Translations under genes and position numbers: made by a program | Shown here: piece by piece, positions 15,031-28,000 of the stretch | Numbering within the stretch: the first letter of the stretch is position 1 | Layout: each line of letters starts with the position of its first letter | The notes under the pieces: model-generated | Databases searched by the model: none | What the model was told of the DNA's origin: nothing | The model's input: the letters and a program-made list of their open reading frames with translations, nothing else | Origin: Paragordius varius | Taxonomy: Eukaryota > Animalia > Nematomorpha | Assembly (NCBI GenBank): GCA_964247055.1 | Contig: OZ176054.1 | Span: 7,750,001 to 7,814,000, forward strand | Direction: 5' to 3' | Length of the DNA: 64,000 bases

Positions 15031-16248
15031 TTATTCTTCAGATTGTTCTGGATCTATGAATGGTTTATCGATAGCACTAAAAATGAATAAAATTAGTTTA
15101 TTAAAACATAATTTTGAAAATAAAAGATCTAATACTTAATAGCCAAAGCCCCACAGAAAGGACAATCATCGCTAATGTATTTTTCAATTTTCTCCTAGTA
15201 AAATACATTAAAAATAAAATAAACTTGGGCTAATTGTTTGATAAACTTCAAGTTAGTATCCAAACTATTAACATTATCGTTAATTAATTTTGCTATTTCA
15301 GGATTTCGCGTTGAGGCATCAGTGGAGGAAAAGCATAATTTTTCTGCCTCTTCAAAAATTTTGCAATCGTCTTTTGGTAATAACTTTTTAATCTTAATAT
15401 ATGCAAAATGTTATCTAAAATATAATAACCATTTCCCCCGTTAAAAAAAGTACCAATTAATTGGATAAAAAATAAATTTTACAATGGAGACACCTCTTTA
15501 ATAAGGCAAAGTATGTGAAAAGCGTGAGTACACGGAAAAACATAAAAGGAATTTTGAAGATTTTTATTACAATTATTAGTAGATAAAAGAGCAGTCTGAC
15601 AACTAACACATTTTTCATCAAGTTCCATGGAAAGTGGTCTAAAAAACAAAATATGAATTATTCATTAATCGGTTTAAGGGGTATGAATTTCAAAATAAAT
15701 ATACGAGTTACTTGTTATTAATAAAGGAAATTTCACTATGCAGGGTGTTAGCCGTTTTTCCATGTGCTTCTATTTCTTGATCCAAAGTTTTTAAATGCGT
15801 GTTATAATGATTGAGAGATTCCAAAATAGACTCCTATAGTATGATGTAAAAATCATATGATATTATCAGATTTGAGTATTGAGTAAATAATTTTTCTCAT
15901 AAACTGTTATATTAAATCTAAAAATGAAATATGTGTGTTTTAATGAGAGAAATTTAAAAAACGCCACATAATTAACCTTTTTGATTAAAATGTTTTATTA
16001 GAATTGCTATTTAGTGAAGAAAAATCTAAAATTAGAAAAATATATAAGGATGATAACTTTAAAACAATCGATCGTGTGGAAATCGGGGAAATATGGCAAT
16101 AAATCTTCAATTTCCAAACAAAATTCACTTTGCTTAATAAGGGTGTCGCACAACATTTTAAGTGCATCATAATTGGGGGATGAGGGGTTTTGTATTGTTT
16201 TATCGTTAACTTCATTAGTTTGTGGCAAAGATTTTATGGAATGTTGTG

Positions 16249-16314
<66 letters not shown>

Positions 16315-19300
16315 GTGTAAGGATTACACTGGACAACAAATTTTTCTGCCACTCGAGTTTTTTGCATTTTTTGATAATTAGTATCATTCTAACAGTAAAT
16401 CCGAAATAAAAATTATAACTCGTTGGAAGAATTTTGTATAATTTGATTTTTTTGATTATGCGCCCTCTTTATCAAATTTTATTAAAAAATGTTTTTCTTT
16501 GAAAATATACAAGTAATGCCCCTTTTGTAATATATCATTCGAAAGAGTAATAAAAACTCTTTAAAATGCATATTAATATGTATTACATCGACAGTTAATA
16601 TTGGACACAAAGAGCGACAAACGCGCGAAGCGAGAGCATTTTTTTTAATTACTATATTTTTAAAACTAATAGATAAAAATAGCTAAAACTTTGTTTAGAT
16701 GGTGATGAATGTCCAAAAAAGATAACACAAGAAAGTTTTTTTGATTAAAACATTTTTTTATTGCTTTTATGTCACTCAAAACAGCCATTTTTAAGTTTTT
16801 GTTTTTTAAAAATTACCATCTCATCAATATTAATTTATTTTCTTTACGAGGCTGATAATTTCGAAATTTTTCAAGATAATAACAAGGTTTAAGGTATATT
16901 TGATCTATTATAGCAATTATGTAATAAATTTACAGTTATAACTATGCATTTTAGTATCCACTAGGTAAAATATTTATGATAATAATAATTTTTATTAAAA
17001 AAGCAAACCAAAAGCTTTTTCAAACATTTTTTTTAAATTAAATACTAATATAACCCTAATAATTATATTAAAATAATTTATATGATTTTCAAATTAGTTT
17101 GTCTGTGAAAATTCTTGACTTATTTAAGGATTGAAAATTTCGACCATTTAAATCCAAATAACTTTTACATCCGATTGATTTAAATGACTTACTACCATTT
17201 AAAAGATGCAGTTTTTTGAGCTCTTTCGAATGATATAAAATACATGGCTTCATATTTTAAACTTTTAATTTTCGAAATTTCGAGTTGAATGTTAAATCGG
17301 AGCCAAAAATTATCGATAAACTCTAATATAAAAATATTCTTTCATGCTAGACCAATTTTCTTTTCAGATATACTAATTATGTACTTTAATGAAATAAATT
17401 TTAAATTTACAAGAATGGCAGTTAAAAAAAGTTAAAATTTGTTGTCTAGTGTTATAAAACAGACATATACACAACACAAAACTGGAATCATACACAAACA
17501 AATATGGGATGTTAAAAGATTTCCAAAATGTCGCTAAAACGGGGTCTATTTTTATTGGACTGAGAAATTGTAATGTTTACAATTTGTACTTTGTTTTAAC
17601 AATTGTTATTAATATTAACCACTTCTGAATTTCAATATTTGGGCAAATAATTTTAGTTTAAATGTCTTAATAATATATATATATTCTAATAAAAAAATTA
17701 AGATTCTCATGGCGTATTAATATTGGGGGCTTCTTAAAAAAGTTTTTCCACTTTTGTGCCAATTAATATAGAAAAGTTGCATAATTAGCGCACATTCATA
17801 TCATTCGGTATTTTCCGTGTTATGTTTTTAAAAACTCTTTTTGTTCGGATTTTTTCGCACATAAAATGTTTTTTGTATTTTAATGCCGACCAATAACAAT
17901 TAACAATTTATCCTTTTATAAAATGGTTTTTTTAGCGAGTTCCCTATTTTTGACAAAAGAGTAACTGTATATATTATAACGGTCAAAAAATATACTTATA
18001 AGTTGTTTATGCAAGTCTTTTTACTAAATTAAAGGACAAATTACCTATGACAATCCATAACTTTTTGCGAAATGGGTCACCCAAACCGACTTGATTCGCT
18101 GTAGATTTTGCCAGTTCAATGTCAAACTATAAATTTTCATTAACTTATATTATGATTAATTAAAAAAACAAATTACTGTTATTTCCGAAAAAATGAAATA
18201 ATATGTAAAAACTTGTAAAGCCAATTTAACAGCCGTTTCTATTTGACTCATAACTATGCGAAGATGAACACATGCCCGTAAATTATTGTAATCATGACAT
18301 ATCCTTAAAGCGAATTGCGGATCATAACATATTTTATTACGGTCCTAATAATTAATTAATAAACTTATACTACACATTTTTCACAAATATTATATACCAT
18401 TTGCACTTCAAGAGTGTCCTTGAACATTTCAAGTTGGTCCATGAATTCACGTTGGTCCTTAAGCATATAAGTTTGGATTTAACCATAATTTTAGCCTGTA
18501 TTTTTTACTTTATTATATTTAAACCTAATTTCTTTATTTATCATATATTTATTCATTTTAAATTAAATTTTTTATTCAAAAACCTCTTTTTATATTATCC
18601 AATTCAACAATAATATTAACTTGAAAATATTTTTAACGAAAAATAGGAATTAAAAACACAGAATTATTTTTTTTTATTAACAAGTTGGAATAATATTAAT
18701 ATTAAAATATTTAATAAGTGAGTAAAAAGATATACGGTTTCTAAATGATTAAAAGTTGATATTGATTTAAAAGTAAGAGAATGTGTTAAACTGATAAAAT
18801 AGATGAATGATACACGGTTTAATTGATAAAAGTTAAAAACAAAATAAAAGTGTTTAAGGAACTTAAAGCGGGACCAACATGATCAAGAAAACTCTTAAAG
18901 TGCAAATAGTAATGAAAAAAGTAAAATAAATTATTAGCAGATATTTATAAGGCTTTAAAAGTACCAAGCCTTGAGATTTAAAATAATTTAGTAGCTTGTC
19001 AGGTTGATGTTGGCAATATAAGGAGATTAAAAAATTATGAATTTCTCGTGAAACAAAACATGGGTTATTTGTTGACAGAATGTCGCCATCATTCTACAAA
19101 AATCAAATAAGGTTAACTTTTATATCCCATAAAAATAAATTTTCATTTTTAAAAAATTATAATTAAAAGTCAAGAAACCTGGAAAAATGGTGAATCGATA
19201 AATGTTTGATCCAAAAGAGTTTTTGCTCTATTGGTCGTTGTGTTCATAGAATATTCTTCATAACTTGAAGATTTCTGATTCCTTCTGCAAAATATATTTA

Positions 19301-22191
19301 TTAGTTAATATCGGTGATTTATAAGTTTTCCTTTTAGTCGTCTAAATGTTTAAGCATAAAAAATCAGTTTTTACTTTATATTGATTAAACTCTTGTAAAA
19401 CATACAATTTCTATCGATCATTTTACAGTTTTCGTTTTAGTGGTTGCTTATTTCACAGGTAGGGCTATTCGCAGCACAGAAGTGTCTCGAAAAAAGAAAG
19501 GAAAAATTTGTTTATTTAAAATTTTGTTGTTTTTTCCAACGCTACTGTGTTACAAATCGCCCAACTATAGTGTGAAATAAGCAACCATTAAAAAGCATAC
19601 TATAAACAAAAAAACTCGCAAATAAAATATAATATTATTTCAAACCTGGCTGAAACATATAAACCTCAAAAGATGATCATTAAAAGATTTCAACAAAAGC
19701 GATAATATAGTGCTGTTCTAGTAGATTAATATTCTAAATTACTGCATTAAAGGTGCATGGATTTTTAAATAAACATAGAAATATTTACGGTTGTTTGAAA
19801 CTCAAAATTTTGACCGAATCTGTCAAGAAAGATCCAGTTTCCTTTTCGAGGTAATCGGGAATTTTAGATTTAAAGGGCCCATTTGTGCCATGATGAAGCA
19901 TTGAAATGCAACTCCAATTAGATTGATCACGGGTATTATTTCCATTGGTTGTGAAATTATAAGCATTTTTATTTACATTAAAGCCCAAATCACCATTGCT
20001 TTGTTGAGTACAACTGAGTAATGTATCAAACAAGGAATAAGAATTAATTTCTTCTTGTCTTTTCTGAGCCGTGACACAAAATTCGAGGTATTCTATAACC
20101 ATGGTAACATACTTGTTGGTAGATGTGTTAACATTAACATTGTTGCTCATATTATCCTTTTTATTATGGTTCAAAGCAAATAGATTTGTAGTTTTTTGCC
20201 CAATAAAGTCTTCATTTAATTCTGTCCTTGATTCCAGCGATATAAGGAGTAAGATGATGCTTGAAAAAAGGCGGGAAGGATCTAACCATACTTTACGTTT
20301 TAGGTAACAATCTTTCCAACTTGCAATTAAATGCGACGGTGAATGCGTAATGATATTGGAGGAATATTTAAAGTAAAGCGTTGGATCATGCTAGGGTAGA
20401 AATAAGTAAATCTTGGAATTATCTTAAGATAAGGTAAGTAATAGAAATCGAAAATAATTATTCCAACCTGTTTGCTAAGGAATTGTATAGCCGTGTGAAA
20501 ATCATTTTTAGCAATGTAATATTCAATAATTTTGTCATAATCTGGAAATAAACATGAAATATATACAGATATATTTAATGATTGATTCAAAAACAAATGG
20601 AAAATATCATCTACCTTTACAATGTTCGGCAAATGTCAAATAAGCTTCGTCAATCCCATAACTTTGTATGACTTTAAATATGATATCCTTATGTTGTAAG
20701 AGGCAATCCTAAAAACATACATATAAATATTTTCAAAAATTTATCTAAAAAACTATCGTTCATGGATTTTTAAAAAAATATGATTATTGATATTGATATG
20801 GTAGGAGTTTATTTTATCCAATGATAAAAGTTTGAGGGCAAATTAATTATATGCAACTGTTTTATACATTAATCAATAAAGATATTTAAATTAGATTATA
20901 TTGTAAATTTTCTTGATAAATAAATAAATAAAAAACATTGGAAATTCTAATAAATTATCTACAAAAGTACTTGTATGATAGGGGTGGTTAAAAATTCTTT
21001 GAACCTGGCTATTATAGATTTAAATTTTTTAGTCGTTGTTTGAATTTCACTCTTTTCAGACGAATGTCGAATATTTACAGATGAAACTAATTTCGCGGCT
21101 AATTCATTTTCAAGGTCATTAACTTTATCGGGAAAATCAATACTTTTTTGCAAAAAGTTAGTCAGTAATGTGAGATATAACTGACAAATCCATAAAACTA
21201 GAATGGTTATTTGTTTTCGATCCTGTTGTTAATATATAAAAAATATAAATACTTGAAACGAATTCAATTCACCCCCTTTTAACATTAATGTGAGGTAAGT
21301 TATTAATCCATTATATAGTTTTTCTGTCATCAATGCATCATTAGATATTCTAATAAGGTTAATTAAGATATTGCGTACTTGTCAATCTGTTCATAAAACT
21401 TTAAACCAACTTCATTAATAGTTATTTTCCCGTCCTTTATAATATCTAAAATATAATAAATGATTAAAACAAAAAATTATATCTATATTGATTGAAATTG
21501 AATACAAACCCCTTTCATTATCGATCAATATTTTTGTGCATTTAGAGTAAAGTGTGGCGGCTTCTTCGTAATTTTCAAGAACATCAAATGTATAATTGGC
21601 TTGGGCTAAATCAATTTCTGATAATCTGGCTTTGGTTTCAGGGTTGTCGGAATTTGACCCCTTGAATTTTAAAATACAAATAAAAACATTCCAAAAATAT
21701 ACAATAGTAAATTAAAGATCTCAAAAATAAAAAGCAAATAGAAAATCTAAAAAACCGATTTTGAAAGATACGTAATCGCAATTGACTCGATTGAAATATA
21801 GGGTTATATCATATTAGCCATTCAAACACAAATTTAAATAGTAAAATGAGAATAAATATAAATATTTTACCCAACCTAAAAACTATTGCGATTATTTCGT
21901 CAAAAATAACGCTAATTCCCAATATAAAACATATAAAAAACGGCCAAAACAGGTATTTATGATAGTCGAAGATTTTCTAATTTTTAAAAAATTCTTACTT
22001 GAATGCAATATTTGCGGGCAGATTCATAATCTCCATTGGATAAAAAATATCGCCAAATGTTTCGACCTTCATCTGTTATGCGATATCTCAGCACAGCTGA
22101 TGCACAAAACACCCAAAAGCTAGAGATTATATCAGGATTAGTATTTCCTTTATCAATGCAAATACCCTTACAAGTACCATATTCCTAATCA

Positions 22192-22226
<35 letters not shown>

Positions 22227-25010
22227 CATTAGTTTGTACCTCAAAATAAGGAAAAAATATTTATTATTAGCTCTAAAAATATTTATTTCCAAATATTTAC
22301 ACCTAAGGTTATAAAGTTGATTTTACGCTTAATTTCAATCAATATGATTAACACATAATATTAAGAGGTTTGAGCAAAGATACAATTTAAAAATATCAAA
22401 AACAATTAAAAAATAAAAATTGATTGTTTTAAAAAGGGCTAATTTGCGTTAATGTTATTACTCTTAATTTGGGTCGATATCATATATTAATGCATATACA
22501 TAAATCAAATAATTAATAATAAATATACAATTTAATAAAAAAATGATGAGCATTTACAATGGGAATTATATCTTCAAAGGCGATTTCTTTCGTTTTAACA
22601 TTGATGGCTATTAGTCTAATTATAAATATATATTCTTATATAAACATTTGTTTTATCAAAATAATGAAATATAAAAGAACCACCAACCTATCTGGATAAA
22701 GTAATAAAATGTGAAATTGAGTAAGTATTGCCCCGCAACACTGGGTATCTTTACGGGCTAAATCAATGGTCCTGGGGTAAGGGAGCAAAGAATTATCGAT
22801 TAAAATTGAATCTGTACGCTTTGAAAACGTTCCGTCCAACGAACATAAATATATACCAGCTCCTTTAGATATTACAATTACATTATTATTAATAATAAAC
22901 ATTAACAGAGAAAAGTAATATTTTTAAAAATTAATAAACATTACACTTTAAATTTTTTTAATATAGACTAAAGAGAATGAATATTTTATGTGAATAAAAA
23001 AAATCTCGTATACAGTAAAAACTGAAATTATGCGGACAAAACGTAAAAATATAAAGCACAACCATCCTTTTTAATTCTCGATTTATTTCAATATAACTCA
23101 TTGTTTTAAATGGCATTTGTAGTAGAGATTATTACTAACACAATCATTCTTTATTTTACAATTGTAACTAAATAGGTTATATGAGAAAATTAAGGTTTAA
23201 AAAAGTATGGTCTTTTGGATAAACATATTTGTCTTTATATTTTTACGTTTTGTCCGTTTAATTTTAATATTTACTGTACTATATATTAAACAATATCCAA
23301 TATTATCAATATATATGGCAGTATCTTCTTGAATAAATGAATAAAATATAGCATTTATATAATATGCTAAAACTGTTTATTATCACGTTATAATTATCAA
23401 AATGAAAAACTAGCCACATAATCGATAAATATATCATATAGCAGCATTACAATATTCACCAATTCTTTTCATAAATCATGTACCGTTTAATTGTGCTTAA
23501 TGAGCAATCTTAAAAAAAAGATAATTTCGTCAAAGTTTGATTTCTTATTTTATTCTTTCAAATTTATTTTATATAATATATGTAATGCATATTATTAATT
23601 ACAAGCCAAGGCCGTTTTTGGCCTTATTATCCCTCCATAATTTTTAATAAAAGGTATAAGTGGCAAAAGAATTAAAATAAATGTATACCACATAACCAAG
23701 CCAATGATGTTGGAAATCTATCTTCTCGATTGGAATTAAGAGTTAAAAATGAATGAGGCAAATCTCCGGGCAACTCATAAAATTTTTCTATTGTGTGATG
23801 ATATAAAAGTGGTATAATATAAAATTATAGTCAAAATTAATTTATTTTAAAGTTTAATATTAAAACTAAATTAAACTAATTATACCTGGAATATTTTCAT
23901 ATTTTGTAAATATTTTGTATAAATATGGCGTATCATGTGACGAGGTGCTTTGAGTTGATGTTGGAACCGATATACTGTGAATGTATTGATATAATCGACT
24001 AAAAAGGTATAAATCATATATTGTACTGAGCAGTTGTAATTATTACAAAATATTTGTAAATATCATCCACATTTCGATTGTTGGTATTTGGTATTCGATG
24101 AAACGTTATGCCCTCAATGCTGCAAATTTTTTCTTTGCTTAAATTTATAATCTATTCCATATAAAATATATAAATAATCTTTTATAAAAACTAAAAATGG
24201 AAAAGTTTTGATATATAGCGCATTTATTTTTTTAGCGGTTATCGGTTTATATATAAATCAGTGTGTATATGTAAAATTTGGTTATATACTTATTAATTGA
24301 ATTAATTGATAAAGCTTAAAATTGAGTTAAATAAAAAATATTTATCTAAAATTATATTTTTCTGAAGTAAAGTGTTAAAAAATTATTATTCCCAATTTTT
24401 TTGGAAAAATATAATTTTAAAACATATTTACGGTTTTAGTGTAAAGCTCCCACGATGTTGGGAAAAAGGGTCTTTCTTCAGGAGATATATTAGTTTCGAT
24501 TACCAAACCTTTGGATGTTCCTAACAAAATCGAACCTGTTAATGCTTTATTACTAGTAGTTTCTTCATTCCATGCTAAGCATGTAATAATGTTGTCCTAA
24601 AATATATGACATCACATACTTTAAGCTTAGAAAGATATCGTAATTTTCTAGCAGATTTGGCAAGATATAAATTATCGCCCTGATATGTCGAAAGAATAGT
24701 GTGCAGGGCAGATGGATGTGTATGTAAATGGCTTATAAAGTAATCCTTGAATCCTGATGGATATAAAGAGTATAATGGCGAATTCAAGTAAACATCGATT
24801 TCTGCCATTAAGAAAAAATTAAACCCTCATGATTTTCTGGATCTCTAAGGTTTACCCTAATCAGGGTATTATTTTGTAAACCTAGCAAAACAAAATTATT
24901 ACAGACTGTCATGTGTTTAATAACATGCTTAGGCCTAGTTATGTTTGTTAAATATTATATATTTACTTAAAGTTAATCCTGTGTCTGCTAAATATATCAG
25001 AATGGGTCAT
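15031..25010 (-). CDS. VPS18: Vacuolar protein sorting 18 (HOPS/CORVET core subunit)
   Basis: Multi-exon. Motifs in VPS18 order: MTHSDIFSRHRINFK, LAWNEE..TGSILLGTSKG, FVIITTAHRLYQY, LTQFHILLLYPDRL, EGRNIWRYFL, DPTLYFKYS..WLDPSRL, VIEYLEFCV, EIHNFLISLY, YDPQFALRIC, LAKSTA..KKLWI, LEIEDLLPYFPDF, RING C-x2-C..FYVFPCTHAFHILC..CPFCG, IDKPFIDP, TAA at 15031-15033. Confidence 0.93.
16250..16311. repeat. (TA)n microsatellite forming the 3' end of a VPS18 intron
   Basis: About 30 TA units run directly into the minus-strand acceptor AG (16250-16249) before exon AQHSIK. Confidence 0.9.
18397..18909. mobile_element. CCATTT-ended foldback MITE, family C, copy 1
   Basis: TATA|CCATTTGCACTTCAAGAGTGTCC ... 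CTCTTAAAGTGCAAATAG; subterminal CCTTGAACA-type repeats. Better-preserved copy at 46216-46788. Confidence 0.75.
19426..19602. mobile_element. CAGTATGC MITE family, copy 1
   Basis: Inverted arms (TGGTTGCTTATTTCACA / TGTGAAATAAGCAACCA), TA-flanked; same family as 59068-59277 and 60393-60612. Confidence 0.75.
22195..22223. repeat. (TA)n microsatellite about 10 nt from a VPS18 acceptor
   Basis: TA run; minus-strand acceptor AG at 22186-22185. Confidence 0.85.
23013..23276. mobile_element. CAGTAAAAA MITE (best-preserved copy)
   Basis: TA|CAGTAAAAA..GCGGACAAAACGTAAAAATATAAAG ... CTTTATATTTTTACGTTTTGTCCG..TTACTG|TA. Confidence 0.85.
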
Positions 25011-25065
25011 GTTTTAAATTTGAATTTCCATGCGTATTGAATGGGCACGCATTAAAACATGTTGA
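25008..25065. promoter_or_regulatory. Very short head-to-head VPS18/CTDP1 intergenic region with dyad symmetry
   Basis: 55 nt between the inferred ATGs. Inverted motifs CATGTTTTAA / TTAAAACATG and ATGCGT / ACGCAT. Promoter function is inferred, not shown. Confidence 0.55.
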
Positions 25066-28000
25066 ATGCTTACCGAAATTTTGAGATTAGAATTGGAACA
25101 GCCTATTATAGTGAAAAAACATCAAATGCACGAAGGTGACATTATACTGGCAAATAATGTTTTGTTCACTTACAGTTTCGAAAATGAATTATCTAAATCA
25201 CAAACTTATAAAATCCCATTTACTGCTCAAATTAACAAAATTCTTTTTAATCGCAATGATATAATACAACCCAAGTTTTAATGCTAAGTTATATTATATA
25301 GTCAACCATTATTTGAGGTGATACCTGGGTGTTCGCATCCTACTCTACTTAAGGGTATGTGTGCAATATGTGGTCAATTAGTTTCCGAAATAAAATCCGA
25401 TAGTTATTTATCTATCATTCATAATACACCTCAACTCATCGTTCACCAAGACGTAATTTTTTAATTAACAAATAATGAGTTCTGACTTGATGATATCCTA
25501 ATGTGACCAGATATTTTGAACTTGGACGCAGTACAAAATTAAAACATACTTTGCCTGTATTTACATTATCGTGTGGTATATTACACAGTTTCCACAAAAT
25601 ATCCTGATGAAATATAAATATTCTGATAGGAAAATATCAGGATTATCATGATGTTTTTGGTTTTAACCTTGAATTAACGAAAGCTATTTACACTTTTATG
25701 GTAGGTGCTCCTATAAAATTGCATAAGGTGCGCAATTTTTTCAAATATATTTTTTGGTTAAAGCTAAATGCTTTATTAAAAATATCACTAAAATATAACA
25801 TATATAAAAAGCTAAAATATTGTTAAAAATTCTAAATTTTTAGATGTGAGCTCTGAAAGTCTCAAATTTTTTCGCTCTTTTAAAATGGACTGTTCTCTTA
25901 AAAATTCTGACATTGTGCAATAATACATATACTAAATTTTCACAACTAAATATATTTTTTACAAAATACACACTTTCAAAAATTTAATTTTTAGCAAAAT
26001 TTTGTTGAAGCGTAATTTATATTATTTTGAGCATGAAACGATGTAAACGGTTGAGATGTTATAACATATTATATATATAATTCGAATAATGCTAATTCTC
26101 AATCAAAATTTTGATTAAAATATTCGTTCCTTTCAACATCATCGAATTATTTAGAAAAAGGGATTATTATATCTTAAAGCGTTATACCGTTTCCATCATG
26201 CTTTGAAATCGTTAGAAGTACGCTTCAACAAAATTTCTCTAATTTATTTATGCAAAAAAATAAGAAAACTTAAAAAAATGAAAGTTTAGGAGAAAATTAA
26301 GTAATATCATACCTCCCACCTAATGAGTATAGAAAACGTAAAAACTCTTAATTTTTTAATACTAAAAGGAAGGGTTTGGAACCGGTGTAAAAAAAGTGGA
26401 ACCGCGATGGTTCTTTTAAAATTTCGCGGTTCAGGAACCGGTTCTTTATATTTAGAAGCGGTTCCATGTTCTGTTCCTGACTTTTGATCAAATGATTTTA
26501 CAAAATTATTATAATAATAATCCAATCAAAATATTAACAATTAAAAAACAATTTATTATTTGCCAAATGTATAGTGAAAGAAAAGTTTAGCATAATAAAT
26601 GAAACAAATTATAAAAATATAATAGGAAAATGTATAAGTACAAAGGTATATAATGAGTGTTAAATGAAGTATGGTATCTAAAAAAAAATTTATTTAACTT
26701 TAAAAAATTTTTGCACCAAGCATTTTGCTGTTCAAACTGCTTCTCAGGTCTGAAAATAAATTAAGGGTTAAAACTCCTTTCAACGGAGACCAATATATAT
26801 ATTAACATGTGTACTATAGCTAACCTTGAGTTATGACTATTAGTTTTTTTAAAAACAGCCAAATAGCCCAAAATTTAGAGAGTATCGCTAATATAATATT
26901 AGGCTCTTAGTTTTAGGTTTAAGGTATTTAATATGTAGTGGCACAATCAAATTTAAATAATAAAATAAAATTTTATAATAAAAATCATATGGGAACCAGT
27001 AATTAAGGGGGTGGAACCGGAACCGGGTTTTTTCGTAAACGGTCTGGAACCGCGTTGGTTCCATCCCAATGGAACCGGTTCATGCTAAAATCCCTGGGAA
27101 AGGGTTCCGGTTCCAAGCCCTGCTAAAAGGTTATTTCAAAATCATATGCCATATATAATAATTTTATATAATATGTTACGGGAATAACAATTTTCTATAG
27201 AATTTTCCGTTTAATAATTATAACAAAAAATGAACTTTTTAAACTTAAACATTTATTAAAATATCACAAATTAATTTTGCTAATATTAAATTTTGAGGCA
27301 CCCCTTTTTGCGGAACCCCTGAGTGAAAGAGTCATTAACCTGAATCTTATGGTGTGGAGTCCGAAATTTATAGTTTCGCCACTGCACGAAAGGCTGCAAT
27401 CCTAAGTTTGTATAATTTAAGCAGAAAATAAAATATTAACCAATTAAGGCCAATCTTTGTTTTTTACCGCAAAATAAACCATTTCTTTACAAATTATGGT
27501 GTTATTTTTACTGAGACTATATTAAAATCTAAAATAATTTTTTTGAATTAATAAAAGGTAATCTATATATTTATAAAAATGGAAAATGCTGGCTTTGTGA
27601 TCTGGTACAGAAAAACCGGTAGACCCAATCAAATCCAAATATCGAAAAAATATAATCATTTATAAATGTCCCGACAATAGCTTCGCCCTTTTTTTGAAAT
27701 AGGCCCCCAGTTCGGGCCCACCCCGTATGAAAAACGGTTTTTTTTGAAAACAGAAGTCCACAAAATCGTGTTTTTGAGACAATTTTCCGGAGAACGTGTT
27801 GGACCATTCAATTTCAAATATGATTTTTGTTTACTTATTTTCGATTGCGCCGAACATAGTCGAGTCACTTTTTTGATTTAGGCCCTCTTTTTACCCGCTC
27901 CCCCCGTAAAATGCCACCTTTTTCAAAAAACAAAGTCCACAAAAATAATTTTTTAAATCGATTTTTCGTCCTAGGTATGAGACCTTAAAAATTCAATAAA

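Noticed and set aside
15985-16409. ORFs containing IYIYIY tracts (also 63342-63548)
   Set aside because: They are read-through of (TA)n microsatellites. The real coding parts are VPS18 and CLIP exons.
19645-19720. Possible extra VPS18 exon (NSTILSLLLKSF..FSQ)
   Set aside because: It needs a phase-0 donor, while the strong upstream donor at 19788 is phase 2 and joins cleanly to exon 19284-19179.
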